This document shows, in pieces, positions 10,435 to 19,281 of a stretch of 64,000 nucleotides of DNA; position 1 is the first letter of the stretch; the number at the start of each line of letters is the position of its first letter. The notes below the pieces were generated by a model. It searched no databases. It worked only from the letters and a program-made list of their open reading frames with translations, and had not been told where the DNA came from. A program made the translations under genes and the position numbers. This DNA is from Candidatus Latescibacterota bacterium (lineage in GTDB: Bacteria; Latescibacterota; UBA2968), in assembly GCA_965208125.1 (NCBI GenBank), contig OZ242320.1, forward strand, positions 5,664,001 to 5,728,000. Reading direction: 5' to 3'.

Positions 10435-12351
10435 ATGTCCATTTTCAAACCCCTATCACTCTGTTTCCTATTCGTATCACTGCTTTTGCCCTCCTCATTT
10501 GCGATCATCACTTTTACTGGCCCTGCAACTGGCCCTGGTGATTTTGATGGCAACGGGAATGTAAATATAGCGGACTTTCTACTATTTATGGACGTGTTCG
10601 GCAAGTCATCGTCGGATGTGGGATTTGATGCGCGGATGGATTTTGATGGCAATGGGAATGTAAATATAGCGGACTTTCTGCTCTTTGTAGATGTGTTTGG
10701 CACAACGTATTCCACAGGTGGCGGGCAAGGCGATGACGACAGTAGTGTTATACCGCCCTCACCTGCCAATGTACGGTATCAGTGGGCAGAGGGACAATAT
10801 CAAATCTCCTGGGATCCTTCCCCTAACGCAACTTCTTATCGGGTATATTACGACAATGCTACAGCCTTCGCTGATGTTAGTTGCCCAGGGAGTTGTAGCG
10901 AAATAGTCACTGTGAGTAACACAACCATTAGTCACTTTAAGCACCGTGAAGGTGAACGCAAAATAGGGTACTGGGTACGGGCCTGTAATGACGCAGGCTG
11001 TTCAAACTATGTTAGAGCATCCAGGAGCGGTGGTGACAGTAGTGCCCCGCCCCCACCCAGCAATGTAAAATATCAATGGGATGGATCTATTTCTCAATAC
11101 AGAATCTCCTGGGATCCTTCCCCTAACGCGACTTCTTATCGGGTATATTACGACAATGCTACAGCCTTTGATGTTAGTTGCCCAGGGAGTTGTAGCGAAA
11201 TAGTCACTGTGAGTAACACAACCATTAGTCACTTTAAGCACCGTGAAGGTGAACTCGCTGGCTTTCTAAACCTCTACACACGCAAAATAGGGTACTGGGC
11301 ACGGGCCTGTAATGACGCAGGCTGTTCAAACTATGTTAGAGCATCCAGGGGCGATGATATTGGTCCAGACCTGATTGTTGAATCGGCTTCTGTAAATAAT
11401 GGCAGCCCCAACGCGGGCCAGTCCTTCACGCTGAGTGTCACGGTTCGCAACCAGGGCAATCGTCAGTCTCCCGCTACAATGCTACGCTATTATCGCTCGT
11501 CAAATTCGACTATATCAAGGAATGATACGGCAGTGGGCACGGACGCTGTGAGCAGTCTTTCAACTTCTGGTGTGACTTCTAAATCAATCAGCCTGACAGC
11601 ATCATCAAGCTATTACTACGGTGCTTGTGTGGATGCCGTCAATTATGACATTGACGAAAGCAATGACTGTTCCAGCGGTGTTCCTGTCATTGTTGGTGGG
11701 CAACCTCTATCAACAATAACAGTCATTGAACTGGATGCCTCTAATAATTCTCCTGAAGGTATCACCTACGCTAATGACAGATTCTATGTCGTTGATAGTT
11801 TCCGAAATAAGGTATATGCGTACATGAGTTCTGGACAACGCGATGCTACTTCGGACTTTGAAATATCTGCCAGTATTCACTGGCCTGAAGGTATCACCTA
11901 CGCCAATGACAGATTCTATGTCGTTAATGATCGGGACGACAAGGTATATGCGTACATGAATTCTGGACAACGCGATGCTGCTTCAGACTTTGAACTATCT
12001 TCCGATAATAATTCTCCTACAGGTATCACCTATGCCAATGACAGATTCTATGTCGTTGAGACCGGAGGTAGAGTATATGCATATATGAGTTCTGGGCAGC
12101 GCGATGCTGCTTCAGACTTTGAACTATCTTCCGGCAATAATTCTCCTGAAGGTATCACCTACGCCAATGACAGATTCTATGTCGTTGAGACCGGAGGTAA
12201 AGTATATGCATACATGAGTTCTGGGCAACGCGATGCTGCTGCTTCAGACTTTGAACTATCTTCCGGCCATACTACCGGTATCACCTACGGCAATGGCAGA
12301 TTCTATGCCGTTGATAGGTCAAGGGGTAAAGTATATGTGTTCAATCCCTAA
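10435..12351 (+). CDS. Secreted protein: dockerin-like, 2 Cys-containing Fn3-like repeats, CARDB-like, 5-repeat GITYANDRFYVV beta-propeller
   Basis: Start moved from 10294 to ATG 10435, which gives signal peptide MSIFKPLSLCFLFVSLLLPSSFA and removes the overlap with the upstream gene. Repeats are visible in the translation. Confidence 0.85.
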   Translation: MSIFKPLSLCFLFVSLLLPSSFAIITFTGPATGPGDFDGNGNVNIADFLLFMDVFGKSSSDVGFDARMDFDGNGNVNIADFLLFVDVFGTTYSTGGGQGDDDSSVIPPSPANVRYQWAEGQYQISWDPSPNATSYRVYYDNATAFADVSCPGSCSEIVTVSNTTISHFKHREGERKIGYWVRACNDAGCSNYVRASRSGGDSSAPPPPSNVKYQWDGSISQYRISWDPSPNATSYRVYYDNATAFDVSCPGSCSEIVTVSNTTISHFKHREGELAGFLNLYTRKIGYWARACNDAGCSNYVRASRGDDIGPDLIVESASVNNGSPNAGQSFTLSVTVRNQGNRQSPATMLRYYRSSNSTISRNDTAVGTDAVSSLSTSGVTSKSISLTASSSYYYGACVDAVNYDIDESNDCSSGVPVIVGGQPLSTITVIELDASNNSPEGITYANDRFYVVDSFRNKVYAYMSSGQRDATSDFEISASIHWPEGITYANDRFYVVNDRDDKVYAYMNSGQRDAASDFELSSDNNSPTGITYANDRFYVVETGGRVYAYMSSGQRDAASDFELSSGNNSPEGITYANDRFYVVETGGKVYAYMSSGQRDAAASDFELSSGHTTGITYGNGRFYAVDRSRGKVYVFNP

Positions 12352-12473
12352 TGAGCAAGTCCGCCGATTTCGCGGGACTTTAGCGAAGAGACATGCTATT
12401 CTCGCGCATCTGATACTTCTTTTGAGCGAGAAGCCTCGCGACACTCAGCCTTCAGAGCAAGGAGGGTGCTCAC

Positions 12474-14474
12474 ATGAAAAAGGCCCTATTGTTCAACCTC
12501 ATCCTCTCTTTCCTATTCGCATCACTGCTTTTTATCCCCTCATTTGCCCAACACTTTTTAGGCGCATTGTCGGGGTTGGTACTCCAGGTGGATACGCAGA
12601 TCGAAAGCCCTGTTCAAAACAACAATGTGCAAATCCTTCCCGAACAAAAGGCGGGGGATACGATCCAGTTTCAGCTTTTCGTTCCGGCAGGTGCGGGTCA
12701 ATCTACCAATGGTTATACAGTGGAGCTCGATCTGCCGGGCAAGACATTTTCCAGCTATATTGGAAATGTATCGGGCACGGATTGGACAGGAGGAGCGCTG
12801 ATAAGCACTGGATCTACAAAGTTATCCGCGTTATTCCCCACGGGTGCTTCTTTGCCCTCAACGGGTTATTTGGGGCAGCTTGATTTGCAGGTGGTGAGGT
12901 CGCTTGAAGGCAGTGCAACACTAATCGTCAAAAGCCTTTCAATAACCAGTGAGAGCGATGTTGACGTATTAGATGTATCCAATGCGATTATCACCTTTAC
13001 AGCACCTGCAACTAACCCCGGTGATTTTGATGGTAATGGCAACGTAAATTTGGCGGACTTTCTGCTCTTTGTCTCAGTTTTTAACAAGTCATCGTCGGAT
13101 ATGGGATTTGATGCACGGATGGATTTTGATGGCAATGGGAACGTAAATCTGGCGGACTTTCTGCTCTTTGTAGATGTGTTTGGCACAACGTATCCCACAG
13201 GCGGCGGGCAAAGCGGCGGCGACAGTAATGTTATACCGCCTCCACCTGACAATGCACAGTATCAATGGGATCCTTCTACTTCTTTATATCAAATCTTCTG
13301 GGATCCTTCTCCTAACGCAACTTCTTATCGGGTATATTACGACAGTGCTGATTTATTGGATGTTAGTTGCCCAGGGGGCTGTAGACAAATAGCTAATGTG
13401 AGTAACACAACCTTTGCTCACTTTAGCAGTCATGGCATCATAGGATACTGGGTACGGGCCTGTAATGACGCAGGCTGTTCAAACTATGTTAGAGCATCCA
13501 GGAACGGCGATGACAGTAGTGCCCCACCCTCACCTGACAATGTACGGTATTGGTGGGATACTTCTATTTATGAATATAGAATCTCCTGGGATCCTTCTCC
13601 TGGCGCAACTTCTTATCGGGTATATTACGACAGTGCGACTTTCTTTAATGTTAGTTGCCCGGGGGGCTGTAGGCGAATAGCTACTGTGGGTGACACGACC
13701 ATTACTCATATTAGTAGTCATTTCAAAATAGGATACTGGGTAAGAGCCTGCGATGACGCGAACTGTTCAAACTATGTTAGAGCATCCTATGTTAGAGCAT
13801 CGGAGGTTGGGGGGTACCCCCCAACAACAACAATCTTCGAACTGGATACCTCTCATGATTCTCCTAAAGGGATCACCTACGCCAATGACAGATTCTATGT
13901 GGTTGATGATATTTCCTTCCGTAGCGGCAAGGTATATGCGTACCTGAGTTCTGGGCAACGCGATCCTGCTTCCGACTTCGACCTATCTCCTCAATGGACG
14001 CCTGAAGGGATCACCTACGCCAATGACAGATTCTATGTGGTTGATGATTACCGGGATAAAGTATTTGCGTACCTGAGTTCTGGGCAGCGCGATCCTGCTT
14101 CCGACTTCGACCTATCTTCCAACACCGAAAGGGCTAAAGGGATCACCTACGCCAATAACAGGTTCTATGTGGTTGATGATCGCCGGGATAAAGTATTTGC
14201 GTATATGAGTTCTGGGCAGCGCGACCCTGCTTCCGATTTCGACCTATCTCCCCAAAATTGGTCGTCTGAAGGGATCACCTACGCCAATGACAGGTTCTAT
14301 GTGGTTGATGGTCACCGGTACAAGGTATTTGCGTATATGGGTTCTGGGCAGCGCGACCCTGCTTCCGACTTCAATCTGTCTCCCGAAAGAGGATCGCCCA
14401 GAGGGATCACCTACGCCAATGGCAAATTCTACCTGGTTGTGTATAGTATAGTCTATGAGGTTGATCCCCAATGA
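12474..14474 (+). CDS. Secreted protein: cohesin-like domain, dockerin-like domain, 2 Fn3-like repeats, 5-repeat beta-propeller (paralog of 10435-12351)
   Basis: RBS AAGGAGG; signal peptide; ~150-aa beta-rich domain (GDTIQFQLFV...GYTVEL...GYLGQLDLQV); DFDGNGNVNLADFL x2; repeats shared with the upstream gene. The cohesin call is pattern-based. Confidence 0.85.
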   Translation: MKKALLFNLILSFLFASLLFIPSFAQHFLGALSGLVLQVDTQIESPVQNNNVQILPEQKAGDTIQFQLFVPAGAGQSTNGYTVELDLPGKTFSSYIGNVSGTDWTGGALISTGSTKLSALFPTGASLPSTGYLGQLDLQVVRSLEGSATLIVKSLSITSESDVDVLDVSNAIITFTAPATNPGDFDGNGNVNLADFLLFVSVFNKSSSDMGFDARMDFDGNGNVNLADFLLFVDVFGTTYPTGGGQSGGDSNVIPPPPDNAQYQWDPSTSLYQIFWDPSPNATSYRVYYDSADLLDVSCPGGCRQIANVSNTTFAHFSSHGIIGYWVRACNDAGCSNYVRASRNGDDSSAPPSPDNVRYWWDTSIYEYRISWDPSPGATSYRVYYDSATFFNVSCPGGCRRIATVGDTTITHISSHFKIGYWVRACDDANCSNYVRASYVRASEVGGYPPTTTIFELDTSHDSPKGITYANDRFYVVDDISFRSGKVYAYLSSGQRDPASDFDLSPQWTPEGITYANDRFYVVDDYRDKVFAYLSSGQRDPASDFDLSSNTERAKGITYANNRFYVVDDRRDKVFAYMSSGQRDPASDFDLSPQNWSSEGITYANDRFYVVDGHRYKVFAYMGSGQRDPASDFNLSPERGSPRGITYANGKFYLVVYSIVYEVDPQ

Positions 14475-14523
14475 GCAATCCGCAGATTTCGCAGGAACCG
14501 GGCAAGGGCAGAGGAACAAACTC

Positions 14524-15849
14524 ATGAAAACGCCAGCTATGAATTATAAATTTCTCCTACTGATTTTAGTCTTGTCGGCCTTCGCACAGGGTATCGGCTA
14601 CGGGCAAGAATCTGTCCCCTCGGTGAATGAATCAGGGGCGGATGCCACACTAAGCAGGCTGACGGCCAGCCCGGTGGACATTATCGGCTTCGACAGCGAT
14701 GTAACCGAATACCATGTCGGCGTTGCGAACTCGGTAACTCAGGTCACCATAACGGCAACCACTACAGATGCAGGTGCGACCATCGAGATGGGTAAGAGTG
14801 AGACAGACAAGAACACCGTCGCCAGTGGTTCAGCGCAGGTGTTCTTGCTGGATGAGGGTCGGAACACCGTGTATGTATGGGTTACGTCCCAAAGCGGAAC
14901 TATAAAGAAAATCTATACAATCATAGTGGGCAGGAGCGTCGATTCTGCGTTCAGCTGGAAGACCGTTGACGACTTCAACACGCTGCGTGCTGCTGGAAAT
15001 CGAAGCATTGACGGCATCTGGTCGGACGGGACGACTATGTGGGTGGCGGACGAAAGCGGCGACGAGAAATTGTATGCCTATGACATGACATCCAAGGAGC
15101 ATGTTCCGGAAAAAGACATCAATACGCTGGATGCCGCCGATAACGATGCCCCAGACGGTATCTGGTCGGACGGGGTGACGATGTATGTCGCGAACGACCC
15201 GTCCTTCTTCGAGAAGATTTATGCGTACGACCTGGCGACCGGGATCAGGGACCGAGACAAAGACATAAATGCACTGGAAATTGCGGGAAACGACAACCCG
15301 GAAGGCATCTGGTCGGACGGAACGACCATGTGGGTGGCAGACATCTCTGACGAGAAATTGTATGCCTATGACCTGACGACCAAGGAGCGTGTCCCGAACA
15401 AAGACTTCAACACGCTGGATGCCGCCGGAAACGACGATCCGACGGGCATCTGGTCGGATGGGACGACCATGTGGGTAGCGGACGACTGGGACGAGAAATT
15501 GTATGCCTATGACCTGATGTCTAAAGAGCGTGTCCCGGACAAAGATTTCAATACACTGAAATCTGCTGGAAACAGTAGCCCGGAAGGCATCTGGTCGGAT
15601 GGGACGACCATGTGGGTGGCGGACGACTGGGACGAAAAAATATATGCCTACAACATGCCGTCCAACGGAGGCGCAACAGCGGGCGTGACCGACTTCAATG
15701 GCGACGGTCGGACCGATTTGGCTGACTTCTTACTGTTCGTCAATGCGTTCGGCGGTACCGACGCCCGCTTTGATCTGGATGGGGATGGCACCGTCGGGCT
15801 TGGTGATTTTCTGATCTTTGTGGATGCCTTTGGCAAAGAAGGGGCATAG
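14524..15849 (+). CDS. Secreted protein: cadherin-like beta-sandwich, 5 GIWSDGTTMWVAD propeller repeats, C-terminal dockerin-like domain
   Basis: Likely start is ATG 14524 (RBS AGAGGA) or 14539; DATLS.L....FDSDVTEY.V.VAN.V..VT.TAT motif; repeats; DFNGDGRTDLADFLLF. Confidence 0.85.
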   Translation: MKTPAMNYKFLLLILVLSAFAQGIGYGQESVPSVNESGADATLSRLTASPVDIIGFDSDVTEYHVGVANSVTQVTITATTTDAGATIEMGKSETDKNTVASGSAQVFLLDEGRNTVYVWVTSQSGTIKKIYTIIVGRSVDSAFSWKTVDDFNTLRAAGNRSIDGIWSDGTTMWVADESGDEKLYAYDMTSKEHVPEKDINTLDAADNDAPDGIWSDGVTMYVANDPSFFEKIYAYDLATGIRDRDKDINALEIAGNDNPEGIWSDGTTMWVADISDEKLYAYDLTTKERVPNKDFNTLDAAGNDDPTGIWSDGTTMWVADDWDEKLYAYDLMSKERVPDKDFNTLKSAGNSSPEGIWSDGTTMWVADDWDEKIYAYNMPSNGGATAGVTDFNGDGRTDLADFLLFVNAFGGTDARFDLDGDGTVGLGDFLIFVDAFGKEGA

Positions 15850-15983
15850 AATTGGCCTATCTGTGTATCCACGCCTTTAGATAATATGTATGGGGATGAT
15901 AGGATAGTTTTGGTAGGCGTCTTAAGTGCTTTTTGAGTTCCAATAGTTTTAAAACGGCATCTTAACAGTAAAAGAGATCCTCC

Positions 15984-17648
15984 ATGAAATGCTTAAAAAA
16001 GAATACTCTTCTTCGCACCTTTACAACTGCGTTGAGCGCGTGCTTTTTTGTGTTGATATTCTTCACCTCTGTCAGCTATGCATCGCCCGAATATATAGTG
16101 CGGATAATCTACTTTGTTCCAAGCGACCGCACGCCCCAGAAAGACATAGACACACAACTGGATAAGCTGATAAAAGAAGCACAGCAGTTTTGTGCAGATC
16201 TGATGGAAAGCCACGGATTTGATAGAAAAACATTTAGACTTGAAACCGACGCGACCGGAAAGGTTGTGGTGCATCACGTGAACGGAAAATTCAACGATGC
16301 ATATTATCAGAGTCCATCCACTTCAGTAGCCTGGAGGGAAATCAATGAACAGTTTGATATGTCGAAAAATATCTATCTCACCGCGATAGATATCAGTAGC
16401 GAAGTCCTTAGTGGTAAAGCGTGTGGTCGAGGGAGTGGAGGAAGCCATAATGGACGGGTACTCATGCCCGCCTCAGGTCGTTGTTTTCACCTCGGTCTTA
16501 TGAACCATGAACTCGGACATGCCTTTGGCTTGAAACACGATTTTCGCCCCCGCACTACCCCACCCTCATTTACTTTCACCGACAACGAACCAATGCTCAC
16601 CTCTTTCTGTGCTGCTGAATGGTGGGATGCCCATCGCTACTTCAACCCAACCCAAATCGCCTTCGATGAACCCACAATGGTTGAGATGTTCTCCCCAAGT
16701 CCCGCCTCTTCACCGTATGCTATCCGCCTTCAATTTGAGATATCTGACCTTGATGGACTCCATCAGGCACAGTTGGTGAATGCCTCAGGATTATTAATCG
16801 ATTATAAGCGATTAAACGGCAAAAGCAACACCGTTGAATTTGTAGTAACCACCTACATAGCATCCCTCATTAAGAGTTTCGTAACCCTTAGAGTTATGGA
16901 TGTACATGGCAACATCAGAAACCAGAGGTTTCCAATTGATATTACCTCCCTGCTACCTCCGTCTGAAGTTGTGTCTATACCAGACCTAAATTTAGCAGCG
17001 GCGGTCCGGGAAACCCTCGGATTAACACCCGGGGGTACTATTACACAACTGGATATGCTGAGATTCGGAATAGTAAATGATAAAAGGAGTTTTAATGCTT
17101 CCGGTCGCCAGATAACTGACCTTACTGGACTTAAATATACAATGAATACACTGAGGACTTTAGTGATTAGGCACAATCAAATTAGCGATGTAAGTCCACT
17201 CGAGGAGCTAGTAAATCTTGAAAATTTAAATCTCGTTTCCAATCAGATTACCGATGTAAGTCCACTCGCAAAGTTGACGAATTTACGCATATTAGACCTT
17301 AAAAACAATCAGATTACCGATGTAAGTCCGCTCGCAGGGTTGGTAAATCTACAATTTTTATGGCTTAGGGGGAATCCAATTGCGGATATGTCCCCTCTTC
17401 ACAAACTCCTGCGTCAGAATTCTAATTTGAAAATAGATATTGATATCGGTGATGTGCCGCCTACGCCCGACTTTGATGGCGATGGTATTGTTGGTGTTCC
17501 CGACTTTTTGCTATTTGTGGAACAGTTCGGGTTAAGTCGTGGCGATGTGGGATATAACACGCGGTACGATCTGGATGGCGATGGGACAATTGGTGTTAGC
17601 GATTTTCTGATCTTTATGGATGCCTTTGGCAAAGAAGGGACTGGGTGA
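15984..17648 (+). CDS. Secreted metzincin-type zinc metallopeptidase with internalin-like LRRs and C-terminal dockerin-like domain
   Basis: Signal peptide; HELGHAFGLKH (HExxHxxGxxH); IPDLNLAAAVRE cap and L..L.L..NQITDVSPL repeats; DFDGDG dockerin-like tail. Confidence 0.9.
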   Translation: MKCLKKNTLLRTFTTALSACFFVLIFFTSVSYASPEYIVRIIYFVPSDRTPQKDIDTQLDKLIKEAQQFCADLMESHGFDRKTFRLETDATGKVVVHHVNGKFNDAYYQSPSTSVAWREINEQFDMSKNIYLTAIDISSEVLSGKACGRGSGGSHNGRVLMPASGRCFHLGLMNHELGHAFGLKHDFRPRTTPPSFTFTDNEPMLTSFCAAEWWDAHRYFNPTQIAFDEPTMVEMFSPSPASSPYAIRLQFEISDLDGLHQAQLVNASGLLIDYKRLNGKSNTVEFVVTTYIASLIKSFVTLRVMDVHGNIRNQRFPIDITSLLPPSEVVSIPDLNLAAAVRETLGLTPGGTITQLDMLRFGIVNDKRSFNASGRQITDLTGLKYTMNTLRTLVIRHNQISDVSPLEELVNLENLNLVSNQITDVSPLAKLTNLRILDLKNNQITDVSPLAGLVNLQFLWLRGNPIADMSPLHKLLRQNSNLKIDIDIGDVPPTPDFDGDGIVGVPDFLLFVEQFGLSRGDVGYNTRYDLDGDGTIGVSDFLIFMDAFGKEGTG

Positions 17649-17806
17649 GTGCGTTCGGTTCTAATCCAACGTATAAGGAGGATGCCTGAGCGGGTACATG
17701 CGGTCACCAACAAGGGGGTTGATCTCTGCATTTTTGTATGGTATTTCTACTTTGTATCACATAATTTGAGTTATATAACACAAGTTGATAATTTTTTGAG
17801 AATTGG

Positions 17807-19258
17807 TTGATGCGCTCATTTTTATTTTTTCTTCCTTTGTGTGTCTTTGTCTTCTGTCAGTTGGGCATCCCCAAGAACGCGCATACCTCAACTTCGGTGG
17901 CTAAGCCTGACAGTCTTTACAAGCACGATCCCTACGATATATCGCAAGCCAGAGTTACCGACAGTACGGATGTCTATGTTACAAAAACTTCAAAAGTGAA
18001 ATATCTCTTGCGATCCCCCCGGTATATCTTGCTGACGATGGTCTATCCTTTGGAGAAAATCGCCCTTCAAGTAGAGTACGCAAAACTGTGGATTCGTTAC
18101 TATAAATTTTTCACCAATAAAGCGGGTACATTTGGTCTTTTCCCGCACGGGCAATTGGGAGGGGAAACGGGCACAGGGGTTGGGGTGCGTCTTTTCCATA
18201 CCAATATCCAGGGGCGCAAAAACGCATTGACTGCACACTATATCTATTCGGGCGAGCAGGGGCAATTTTGCGAAGGTCTGTATATTGACCCCAATCTATT
18301 GGGTGCAGGGCTCATTTGGAAAATTCAGGGGGGATATTTGCAAACAAAAAATAGAAATGCCAATATAAACGGCGCAATAGATGACGACGAGTCGAGGCTT
18401 TTTGAATTCAAAAAAGTTGATGTTGAGACCTCTGTTGAATGGCGTTTGAAAACGGATGAGGTCGCGTCTATAGTGCCGCAGTTTAAAATGGTGGGCAGGA
18501 TTGGGTTTTCACAGCGCGATTTTATGCCTGTATTGGGTGAATTGCAACCGCTTTCCGACCCGGGATCATCACCACAGGCGCGTCTGGTTAAGGGGTTGGG
18601 CACAAAATTCAAATTTTATCGCATTGGACTTCAGGTGACGTATGATGACCGCGATTATAAAAAACCAGTTCGCCAGCTTTCTCATCCACCCAATTATCGT
18701 TTTCCAGGCAGGATGGTTACACAACTTGGAGATCAGTTTTATTTCGCGCGAGATATTGGCTTTCCCGAACGCGGTGGATTTATCACTTTAGAAGGCGACT
18801 GGGTGACAGGCCCTGATCGCATTGCGTTCTACAAGATACGCGCCGAAGCTGCCCGTTATATCACGCTGTTTTGGAAGAACCGCATTCTGGTTCTGCACGC
18901 ACGGGTGGATAAAGTGCGGTCAGTGGGGGATGGATTTGTTCCTTATACCGAGTTGATTCAATTGGGCGGCAATGAATCGGCACGCGGATACACGCGCGGT
19001 TATTTTCGCGGACAGGGTGCATTGCAATTTAATGTGGAGTATCGATATCCAATATGGGATTATTCGAATATGTTTTTGTTTTGGGATGAAGGACAAATTT
19101 TCGACCATTTTGGCGATTTGAGGTGGGGAGGGTTCCATTCTTCATGGGGTGGAGGCATTGCATTTCGCACGGAGGCCGATTTGCTCGGCAAAATTAAAAT
19201 TGGGCATAGTACTGCCAATCGTTTCCTCATCGGATTTACAATGAATCAGGCATTTTAG
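17807..19258 (+). CDS. Omp85 (BamA/TamA-family) outer-membrane beta-barrel protein
   Basis: Signal peptide; LGG...RGY..GYFRG loop-6 motif; NVEYRYPI; LFWDEGQ; C-terminal Phe. Confidence 0.85.
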   Translation: MMRSFLFFLPLCVFVFCQLGIPKNAHTSTSVAKPDSLYKHDPYDISQARVTDSTDVYVTKTSKVKYLLRSPRYILLTMVYPLEKIALQVEYAKLWIRYYKFFTNKAGTFGLFPHGQLGGETGTGVGVRLFHTNIQGRKNALTAHYIYSGEQGQFCEGLYIDPNLLGAGLIWKIQGGYLQTKNRNANINGAIDDDESRLFEFKKVDVETSVEWRLKTDEVASIVPQFKMVGRIGFSQRDFMPVLGELQPLSDPGSSPQARLVKGLGTKFKFYRIGLQVTYDDRDYKKPVRQLSHPPNYRFPGRMVTQLGDQFYFARDIGFPERGGFITLEGDWVTGPDRIAFYKIRAEAARYITLFWKNRILVLHARVDKVRSVGDGFVPYTELIQLGGNESARGYTRGYFRGQGALQFNVEYRYPIWDYSNMFLFWDEGQIFDHFGDLRWGGFHSSWGGGIAFRTEADLLGKIKIGHSTANRFLIGFTMNQAF

Positions 19259-19281
19259 AAGACGCGGGGAAGACAGTCTTT

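Noticed and set aside
11720-14430. Regularly spaced conserved DNA blocks with variable intervals, CRISPR-like at a glance
   Set aside because: They are in-frame protein repeats of about 130 bp with constant parts much longer than the variable parts; no cas genes.
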